A stretch of 45,799 nucleotides of DNA from contig CALYAR010000146.1 of assembly GCA_944393585.1 (NCBI GenBank), positions 1-45,799 of the forward strand. Direction: 5' to 3'. Below, in pieces: positions 27,762-36,300 of this stretch. This stretch comes from an uncultured Clostridia bacterium. GTDB taxonomy: Bacteria; Bacillota; Clostridia; CALYAR01. Within the stretch, counting starts at the first letter, position 1. Every line of letters begins with the position of its first letter. The notes under the pieces were generated by a model. It was not told the origin of the DNA and did no database searches. It saw only the letters and a list, made by a program, of their open reading frames with translations. The position numbers were made by a program, and so were the translations under genes.

Positions 27762-29699
27762 ATGATGGGAGAAGAGAACGCAATGGCAAGACCTGAATTT
27801 CCAAAAAGGGCAGTCGTTACCGCTGGTATGCCCTACGGCAATAAAAAGCTGCATTTCGGCCATATCGGAGGCGTATTCATTCAGGCTGATATCTACGCAC
27901 GCTTTTTGAGGGACCGGATTGGGCAGGATAATGTACTTTTTGTTTCCGGAACGGATTGTTACGGCGCAACGATTGAGGCAAGCTATGAGCAGGCAAAGGC
28001 GGAAGGCTTTGCCGGAAGCCTGGCCGATTATGTGGAACAAAATCACAAGGATCAGAAAGAAACACTCTCCAAATATCAGGTTTCTCCCAATTTATTCGGC
28101 GCATCGGCGCTGGGAGAAGCGGGAAAAATCCATGCGGCTCTGTCCAAGGATATTTTTATGCGGCTGTATGAAAACAAGCAGTTAAAGCTCGAGCAGACGC
28201 TGCAATTCTTTGACGAGGAAAAAGGCGTATTTTTAAACGGCAGGCAGGTGACCGGCCGGTGCCCCATACAAGGGTGCAAGTCTGAAATCGCCTATGCGGA
28301 TGAATGCTCTCTCGGACATCAGTACAACCCTTCGGAATTAATCAATCCTGTCAGCGTATTGTCCGGCATGACCCCCACGTTTGTAGCGGTCAAGAACTGG
28401 TTCTTTGATCTGCCCGCGTACGAAGAAAAGCTAAAGCAGGAAGTAGAGCGCTGGGAACAGAACCCCGCCTGCCGGAAAAGCTTGACGACAGTCATCCGTG
28501 ACTTTTTGAAAAAGCCTTCCATTTATGTGAAAAAAGAGCTGATGGAAAAGGTGGAGACGCTTTCCGGTGTGCCGGAGTATTCCGTCGTTTCAGAAGAGCA
28601 GAAGGCTTCGGTAGAACTGGTATTTGCCGATTTGGACGCGCGGACAAAGGCCGTTTCCATTTTCGAGGAAAACGGAATCCGTTTCCGCACCGGAAAAACC
28701 CTGGTGCCGTTCCGCCTTTCGGGCAATGTCAAATGGGGCATCCCGGTTCCGGAAGTAGAAGGTATGTCAGACCTGACGTTTTGGGTGTGGCCCGAATCCC
28801 TGTGGGCTCCGATCTCCTTTACCAAAACCTGTCTGGGCGACGGCATTGAAGGCAGAAAGTGGGAAGACTGGTGGAAATCCGACGAAGCCCAGGTGTATCA
28901 GTTTATCGGCGAGGACAATATCTATTTTTACGCCATCGCCGAAATGGGCCTGTTTATGGCCCTGCAGGAGGGCTTCCGCCTGCCGCTGATTATCCCGAAC
29001 CACCATTTGCTCTATGGAAAGAAAAAAGCTTCAAGCAGCGGCGAAGTGAAGCCTCCCAAAGCGGCGGAGCTGCTGGATTACTACACGCCGGAACAGCTGC
29101 GGCTTCATTTCATGAACGCAAGTTTGGGCGAGAGGAGCGTCAGCTTTGAATCCAAGGCGCTCCTTGGCAAGGATGACGGATTTGACCCGGTTTTGTACGA
29201 GGGGAACCTGGTTACGAATGTATTCAACCGCCTGGTGCGCTCGTGCTTCTATACGGTTCAGAAATACAACGGCGGCGAATATCCTGCCGGTACGGTGAGC
29301 GAGACGGTCAAGAAAAAATCCGACGAAACCATTCTCGCCTATGAGCGGATGATGGCGGAGCTTTCGTTTGATCAGATCTTTGAACTGCTGAATATATACC
29401 TCAAAGATGCGAACAAGGATTGGTCCGTGCGCAGCAAGAGCGAAGACCCCAAGGAAATCAATCAGCTTTTATTGGATCTGTTCCACGTCATTCGCGTCGC
29501 GGCAGCTCTGTTTCATCCCATTACGCCGCGCGGCTGCGAAATGATACGCGACTATTTGCGTGTGGACGAGCGCATCTGGGACTGGCAGTATATTTTTGAG
29601 CCGTTGGATTCTTTCGTGGAAGCCGGCCATAAGTTCCGCTTTTTGGAACCGCGCGTGGACTTTTTCGAAAAGCATCCGTCCCAGCTTGCACAAAAATAG
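27762..29699 (+). CDS. metG: Methionine--tRNA ligase, divergent form
   Basis: 645-aa ORF. The likely start is ATG 27783 (MARPEF), 8 nt after GGGAGAAG. It has MPYGNKKLHFGH (HIGH), the zinc knuckle CPIQGCKSEIAYADECSLGH and WGIPVP. The KMSKS position reads KASSS (nt 29025-29039). Confidence 0.85.
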   Translation: MMGEENAMARPEFPKRAVVTAGMPYGNKKLHFGHIGGVFIQADIYARFLRDRIGQDNVLFVSGTDCYGATIEASYEQAKAEGFAGSLADYVEQNHKDQKETLSKYQVSPNLFGASALGEAGKIHAALSKDIFMRLYENKQLKLEQTLQFFDEEKGVFLNGRQVTGRCPIQGCKSEIAYADECSLGHQYNPSELINPVSVLSGMTPTFVAVKNWFFDLPAYEEKLKQEVERWEQNPACRKSLTTVIRDFLKKPSIYVKKELMEKVETLSGVPEYSVVSEEQKASVELVFADLDARTKAVSIFEENGIRFRTGKTLVPFRLSGNVKWGIPVPEVEGMSDLTFWVWPESLWAPISFTKTCLGDGIEGRKWEDWWKSDEAQVYQFIGEDNIYFYAIAEMGLFMALQEGFRLPLIIPNHHLLYGKKKASSSGEVKPPKAAELLDYYTPEQLRLHFMNASLGERSVSFESKALLGKDDGFDPVLYEGNLVTNVFNRLVRSCFYTVQKYNGGEYPAGTVSETVKKKSDETILAYERMMAELSFDQIFELLNIYLKDANKDWSVRSKSEDPKEINQLLLDLFHVIRVAAALFHPITPRGCEMIRDYLRVDERIWDWQYIFEPLDSFVEAGHKFRFLEPRVDFFEKHPSQLAQK

Positions 29700-29727
29700 A
29701 ATTAAACTATGCCTTGGGCATGCGTGC

Positions 29728-29786
29728 AAAGCGAAGGCTTTTGCGGAATGGAACCATTTTAAATTCCGCAGAGCTTTCGCTTTTTT
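29728..29786 (+). terminator. Long compound hairpin terminator after metG
   Basis: The outer stem is AAAGCGAAGGCTT / GAGCTTTCGCTTT and the inner stem is TGCGGAAT / ATTCCGCA. TTTTTT follows. Confidence 0.7.
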
Positions 29787-29821
29787 GCGGGAATTTTGAT
29801 TCTAAAAAGCAAAATTCCCGC
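29787..29821. other. Second perfect hairpin immediately after the metG terminator
   Basis: GCGGGAATTTT / AAAATTCCCGC is an 11-bp stem with a 13-nt loop. It has no T tract on the plus strand. Its arm sequence resembles the inner stem of the preceding terminator. Confidence 0.4.
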
Positions 29822-30178
29822 AGGCACAAATTTCCGTAATTTTTTATACGCAATGAGTTTGCAAAGCAAACGAAATGGAATAACAAAAAATATACATTAG
29901 TTCCTGCGCCCGCCGGCGCAATTCAATGAAATACTATTTTTAAATAAAGCAATCAGGAAATGAATCGGAGCAGTAAAAAATCTGGAATCTCACGGCAGCA
30001 GGCATATATTTATTTGGTTTATTCCAGCTTCATTTGAAATCTATTTTATGGCCGCTTCAGCTGAATTGGTATCGCACGAGAGGCTTCGCCCTCTCTTTTT
30101 CTTGGCCAGAGCCAATTTGATTTTAAGGCTGGTTTTTCGTATGATGATTAGAGAAAACGTTTAACCGGGAGGGGTAAG

Positions 30179-31000
30179 ATGGAACAGCAGATCAACGGCG
30201 CACGCTTTTGTTTGAAGGAAGCATTTGACTTTTCGTTTTTAGGCCGGTATGGGGAGGTATTCAGCATTTTTGACCGGCAGGATTCCGGCTGTATTTGTTT
30301 TGGAGTGCAAAAGGATGGGGAGCGCCGGTTCGTGAAATTCGCCGGAGCTCCCACGGTAAACTATCGGGGAAAAAGGGAGGACGCCGTCCGGGCTTTGAAA
30401 AAAGCGGCCCAGGTCTACGAGGATCTGCGGCACGAAACACTGGTTCAGTTTTTATTCGGTGAAGAAATTGGAGGCGGATTTGCCGCTGTGTTCGAGTGGA
30501 CGGACGCAGAGTGCATGGGCAAACAATATTCCTCCCGGTACAAATTTTTTCAAATGCCCGCGGAAGAAAAAATGCAGATATTCCGCGACATTGTGCTTTT
30601 CCACAAATTTGCGGCGGAGCAGGGGTATGTTGCGGTTGATTTTTATGATGGAAGCATACTGTATGACTTTTCCCGGAAGAAAACCGTTCTGTGCGATGTG
30701 GATGCCTATTCCAAAGGGCCATTTGTCAATACCATGGGACGGATGTGGGGATCGTCGCGGTTTATGGCGCCGGAGGAATTCACTCTGGGCGCCCCAATCG
30801 ACGAGGTGACGAATGTTTATTTAATGGGGGCGACCGCTTTTGCACTGTTCGGCGGGGAAGCCTCCAGCCGGAATCCGGCAGATTGGGAGGCGGCAAAACC
30901 GCTCTATGAGACAGCGCAAAAGGCGGTAAGCGAGCGGAGAGAGGAACGCTATCCTTCCATTGGAGAATTTTGGGCCGTCTGGGAGAGAAATTCGCAATAG
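30179..31000 (+). CDS. Protein-kinase-fold protein with a non-canonical catalytic loop
   Basis: 273 aa. It has a VAIK-like RFVKFAG, DFYDGSILYD in place of HRDLKPxN, DVD in place of DFG, and an APE-like SSRFMAPEE. A GGGAGGGG RBS lies upstream. Confidence 0.65.
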   Translation: MEQQINGARFCLKEAFDFSFLGRYGEVFSIFDRQDSGCICFGVQKDGERRFVKFAGAPTVNYRGKREDAVRALKKAAQVYEDLRHETLVQFLFGEEIGGGFAAVFEWTDAECMGKQYSSRYKFFQMPAEEKMQIFRDIVLFHKFAAEQGYVAVDFYDGSILYDFSRKKTVLCDVDAYSKGPFVNTMGRMWGSSRFMAPEEFTLGAPIDEVTNVYLMGATAFALFGGEASSRNPADWEAAKPLYETAQKAVSERREERYPSIGEFWAVWERNSQ

Positions 31001-31127
31001 CGCCTTGCGAAAAGAAAGCTTCCCTCACCCGATTGCCCTGCTTCAATCCAAGGGCATGGGATAAAGACTCCGCTTGTACGGAAGCTTTAAACTGTCGAAA
31101 AAGCAGAGCGAAAGCTGGGCTATTAAA

Positions 31128-31761
31128 ATGAAGAAGCAAAAGAGAAACAGTAATAACAGAGATTCCGTAAGAGGAAAAATAGATGGGCTGTCGTAGAGAG
31201 CGCAGGGATGGACAGTTTGTCGCCAGAGAGGCATCTGCTACGGAAAACAGATGCAGCAGCGTACTTCAACCGGCTGTACAAAATGGCGGATCCTTTGTGC
31301 TGTGAAGATAACGGCCGGCAGAACATAGATGCAGCACTGTTCAAAATGGTGCTGATCCGGCATCTTTACATACAGCGAACAGCGGAAAAAAGAAAGTGTA
31401 AACGATCCGGACAGCGGATGATTCGTATGGGGGAGTCCAAGAGGAAGTTTGCCTATGAAGCCCACACAGCCTGCGATAAGCATGGATTTATGATGGAAAC
31501 AGTGGTGGCTCCTGGCAATTCCGAAGACAGCGCAGCGTTTGGAAAAGTGTACAGCAAAGTAATAGAACGGATCCAAAAGACGGAGGCGATCGTTGCGGAC
31601 TCGGCCTATAAGTCTCCGCCCGTTTGCAGGAACATGTCCGAAGATTGCAGGTTTTGTCCACAGCTTACAGGCGCTCCCGGACCAGCAAGGGCAGACATGA
31701 ATGGCGGAAATATGTATATAACAAGTATTATGATTGCGTGCGCAGCCGGGTTTACCAATAA
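31128..31761 (+). mobile_element. Degraded IS1182-family transposase gene (relic)
   Basis: The fragments lie in different frames. First comes MKKQKRNSNNRDS... then a stop. Next is LSPERHLLRKTDAAAYFNRLY...EDNGRQNIDAALFKMVLIRHLY, a DUF772-type N-terminus. That jumps directly to KFAYEAHTACDKHGFMMETVVAPGNSEDSAAF...EAIVADSAYKSPPV, the DDE region. Another frame then reads HEWRKYVYNKYYDC. There is an internal deletion plus frameshifts. I identified no terminal inverted repeats. Confidence 0.6.
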
Positions 31762-31891
31762 AAATTACTTTCTAGTCTTCTGCTTTTCTTCTCCCAATTA
31801 AAGGATCCTTCGACAACTGTAAAACCAGTGATTTTAAAAAGAAAAATATAAATCGGAAAAGCCATTAACCTTGATTAGCGGTTTCATTTTG

Positions 31892-31936
31892 AAAAAAGCC
31901 GTCCGGTGAAAAGGATAACCCTTTCATCAGACGGCT
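31892..31936 (-). terminator. Rho-independent terminator ending the giant-protein/subtilase operon
   Basis: On the minus strand, the AGCCGTC...GACGGCT stem is followed by TTTTTT, about 40 nt after the S8 gene stop. Confidence 0.7.
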
Positions 31937-31977
31937 GCCGTACATACATGATTTCCTTTCGGGAAACATATTATATT

Positions 31978-33390
31978 TTATTTTTCTAAAAATCTTTGCA
32001 ATATCACTGCGGCCTCAGCGCGGGTAGTGCTGCCTAAAGGATCGAGTATACCACCGCCTTTTCCGGAAATCAACCCCGTTCCAACTGCCCAGTTAACATT
32101 TTCCCTTGCCCAGCCGGAAACTGCGTCTGCATCAGCAAATACGGTCAGATCACCTTGGCTGTCTGTGTTTATGCCCTTGTAGTCCGCATAACGGCTCATG
32201 ACAGCTGCCATTTCCTCACGGGTGATATTCTGTTCCGGCGCAAACTCTGTATTGGAAACCCCTGCAATGATTCCGTTCTCTGTTGCCCAGCCGACAGCTT
32301 CAGCGTAATACGCATTTTCAGCAACATCATTAAATTTCAATACATTGTTTATTTGCGGTTCGCCTTCTGCCCTGTAAAGTATGGCAACAAACATCCCGCG
32401 TGTCATACTTCCGTCCGGGTTGAATATTCCGTCGCCTGTTCCGCTCATCCAGCCTTGATGGTATGCTTTTCTCACACTTTCATAATACCAGTCGTCTTCT
32501 CTGACATCATAAAAGCAAACTATTTCACCATGATCGAAAAGCCTGAGATTTTCATAAAACCGGTCGGGATTAAAAATGCCATATCCGCTTTTTTCGTCAT
32601 ACCCGGCATCACATATATCTTCGCAGCTGACTCTCATAAGATATCTTACCTGAGACGGTGTAAGATACGGATATTGTTCAAGCGCTGCCGACGCGTGAGC
32701 AGTGATCAAAGCTGCTGAATACGAGGTACCGCTTATCAGTTCGTAATCAGCTGCGTTTTTTATCGAGACCGCCTTCAGATCTTCACCGTACATAAGCATA
32801 TCAAGTCCGTTCCCTTGGCAGGAAAACTCTGCCGGCTCCAATTCATTGTCATGGCTTCCCACTCCGATCACCGTGTCATACGCGACAGGATAATATACTT
32901 CATCGCCGCTGTTGCCGCAGGCCGACACGATCAATACGCCTTGTTTCTCAGCATAATCCACAGCTTTTTCCAGGCGCTCATCGCCGGCTGGCACTCCGCT
33001 GCTTATATTGATAATTTGGCAGCCGTATACATCTACAGCATCATATATCGCATTGCAGATTGCTTCAATCCCTCCGTTCAGTACCGCGCCTGAAGCGAGC
33101 TTTGTATAATATACAAGCGGCACGATCAGGCTTTCGCTGCACGGCGAAACGATTTCTCCGTCTGCCGTGCCTGTAATAAGGCTTGCCACTCTCGTTCCAT
33201 GTCCAACCTCATCATCGGTGCTGCTGTTCCCTAAAACATAATTTTTGCCGCTGAGTATTTTTTCACTGTCGATAATACTTTCCTTTTCTTTTACACCTGT
33301 ATCGATTACCCCGATTTTAACAGAGGCGGCATATGCCGCCTCTGTTAAGAAAATAAGTATTAACGGTATGATTATTATAATTTTTTTCAT
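31978..33390 (-). CDS. Secreted S8 (subtilisin-family) serine peptidase without a prodomain, with three C-terminal SLH repeats
   Basis: 470 aa. The signal peptide is MKKIIIIIPLILIFLTEAAYA. The catalytic Asp is only about 9 residues later (GVID30TGV), with H64 (DEVGHGTRV), N160 (ACGNSG) and S223 (ISGTSYSAA). The SLH repeats start at FYDVREDDWYYESV, FNDVAENAYYAEAV and FADADAVSGWAREN (nt 31981-32514). Confidence 0.9.
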   Translation of the reverse strand: MKKIIIIIPLILIFLTEAAYAASVKIGVIDTGVKEKESIIDSEKILSGKNYVLGNSSTDDEVGHGTRVASLITGTADGEIVSPCSESLIVPLVYYTKLASGAVLNGGIEAICNAIYDAVDVYGCQIINISSGVPAGDERLEKAVDYAEKQGVLIVSACGNSGDEVYYPVAYDTVIGVGSHDNELEPAEFSCQGNGLDMLMYGEDLKAVSIKNAADYELISGTSYSAALITAHASAALEQYPYLTPSQVRYLMRVSCEDICDAGYDEKSGYGIFNPDRFYENLRLFDHGEIVCFYDVREDDWYYESVRKAYHQGWMSGTGDGIFNPDGSMTRGMFVAILYRAEGEPQINNVLKFNDVAENAYYAEAVGWATENGIIAGVSNTEFAPEQNITREEMAAVMSRYADYKGINTDSQGDLTVFADADAVSGWARENVNWAVGTGLISGKGGGILDPLGSTTRAEAAVILQRFLEK

Positions 33391-33394
33391 ATCC

Positions 33395-36300
33395 TTACCT
33401 GTTTGTCAACAATGCGTATATCAATTTTGTAAATATTGTCGCGCCCTCCGCGCGTGTCGCAATCCCCTGCGGTCTGAAACTCCCATCCTCGTATCCGACT
33501 ACGATTCCAAGGTTTTTAACAGTCTCAACAGAGTCGTATGCCCAATCGCTTATCAAAGCATCATCTGTGAATTTATCGACGGTTTCAGCCGCGTTATTAT
33601 AACCTTCATACTTCATATAGCGGTCTATCATCGCACAAATCTGCTCACGAGTAATCTTATCGTCCGGTCCAAAATGCTCTGCATCATATCCTTCGACAAT
33701 ACCATTGTATGAAGCCCACGAGACATATTCCTCATACCATGAACCCGACTCAACATCTGTAAAGCTGTGCTTATCATAAGCGCCCAAATTGCCATGTATT
33801 CTGCCGAGTATCGTTACAAACATCGCTCTTGTAAGACCTCCGTCCGGTTCAAACAGATTATCTCCCACACCGGCTACGATCTCTCTTATTGATGCGAAAT
33901 CCACATACTCGTACGCCCAGTTTGATTCCGTCACATCACGAAATGCAGTTCCATCGTCAGTGACGATTCTGTACTTTGCAGAAACAGGAGCAATGAACTT
34001 AAATACGCCGTCTATAACAGCAGACTTTGCAACTGTTATGTATGTTTTTCCGCCGTCTGTGCTGTACTGTGCAACCACATTATTTTCATTTTCAACATGT
34101 AACTGCTTATATTCAACAAGTTCGCCTTCGTCTGCGTCCATCGTTGCTATCACGTCTGTCATTATGATCACTGGACGCCCGCTGTTGCTTGTCTTAAAGT
34201 GCGCGGTTGCATGCACGATGGAATCAGGCATGATAAATTTGATTGTAGCGCTTGAGGTATCTTCCACAGTCACGCCGTCAAGTTCCCAATGGGAAAATTG
34301 ATATCCGCTTTCGGCTTGTGCGGTTAATGTAACTGTATCGCCCGGCGCATATTCGCCTCCGCCCGTAACCGTTCCGCCGACGGTCGAACCTACAACCACA
34401 ACATTGCCGGATGTGTTTTCAAGTGCTCCGAATGTTACACTCGCTGTCATCGGCGCTACGCTTGTAACATTAAACTGTCCTACTATATAACCTTCGCTTT
34501 GCTTATCCAATGTTATTTTTCCGTTCTCGTCAACTGCGGCATTCCCTGTGACAGGATTTACGGACCAATTAACAATATCGTCGTTAATTGTAAATCTTCC
34601 TGTGGGAGTTTCAGCCACAAGGCTCAGCTGGCCTTCATTCGTATCGCCCAATGTGCTTATATTCTTGTTTGAATAAAGCACGCCGTTATAATAAACGTCA
34701 ACACGGTTCACCTTGCCCAGTCCGGCATGGTTTATCTTTGCCTCATGCTCCGAAGCATTTCCTGCCTCATCCATTGACGTTATTTTTATGTCATGGGTCG
34801 AAACGCTCTGATCGATCATTAAATCGAAACTGAAGCAGCCGTTCCCATCAATATCTGCATCGAATTCACTGAACGGCACGTGATCCGCTGTAACTGTTCC
34901 GTCTATCTCGACTGTGATATATGTGTCAGGATCCGTAATGCCGGTTACAGTAAGTTTTCCGTCTTCGCCGAACAGGGAACCGTTTATGGGCGAGCTTACA
35001 ATAAGCCGCGGTTCCGTTGTGTCAACCGTGAACTTATGGTTATGCGAGAACGAATCATTTGTTTCGTCACTTCCCCATATTTCAAGCACATAATCATTGT
35101 CCGGAAGATCCGTTAACGGAATTGTAATTGTGCCGGCATCTGTAAATTCGCCGTAATATCCTTCCCTGCCTTCTTCATATCCGTTGGCTATGCTCCAGAC
35201 GCCCGTAAGCTTTTCATTCGATGAGACTGTAAATGTGACATTTCCGTCTGCGAAGAGCGTCCCGTCCTTATCGGATGATACGGATATTTCCGCCTGTGTA
35301 GGGGCGTTCAGCGTAACAGCACTGCCTATTACCTCTTCTCCAATTACCCGGTACGAACCGGCGTCCTCGGTCGCTTCATAGTACGGGCTTACTCCGATCT
35401 GATATCTTTTGCCGGACTCCAGGCCCACTTCGGCGGTTTCTCCCTCAACTATATTGCCTTCTTCGTCATAAACGGGCACATCGAATCTTCCGCCTACGAT
35501 AAGCTTGTTATCCGTTATGCTTGACTTTGGAATTTCCACTCCCGCAAAGTCCGTTAAGCTTCCATCCTCGTTGTATACATTTACAATATATCCCGATATA
35601 TTGCCAGGAATATCGTTCAGAACTGCCGCCAGGCAATAATCCCCTGCGTTTTCATAGGATACTATATCGGCTGCCTGCGGCTGGTCGGGATTTACATAGG
35701 ATATTTTACTGTCTGCAGCAATAGAATTGCTTACGACATTCTCCTGCGAATATACAGCTCTCACATAATAATCACCGCTTTGCAGGCCTTTCGGTATATC
35801 AAACGATGCCGATCCCGAAGAAATATCCGAAGGATCCGTATATACACCTAAAAGCATATCGCTGTCAGTGCTGTTTTCGGTCACCGTCTGCTCTTTTGTC
35901 AAATAGAAGCTTATCTTATCAAGCTCATTCAAGTTTTCGCCGCTGTATAACACATTGACCTTACCATCATTGCCGCTTGACGCCGTAAGCGCACTTACTT
36001 CCGGTATAGGCGCAACGCTCAGGATTGTGATATCTGTCGCAACGGGCGTTGTGATATTATAGGTTCCGCTTGTACCTTTGCCTGATGTGACAGCCAGCGT
36101 TGCCGTTCCGTCATTGAATGTGAGGTTTGCATTGGCGTCCGCATCGGGATACATCTTGATATTCGGAAGGCCGCTCATCTGTGAATACAGTTCCTGTGCA
36201 TGCTCCAGGCTCTTTGCCGGATAAACAAGCGTCATAATTTCATCTGAATTTCCGCCGATTGTCACCCGGTGCTCCATTCTTGTGTCAAGCGATTGAACAG

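Noticed and set aside
25741-27782. T-box riboswitch leaders upstream of gltX and metG
   Set aside because: The leaders are too short (about 30 nt and about 95 nt from the best promoters). Neither contains the conserved T-box sequence or a terminator/antiterminator pair.
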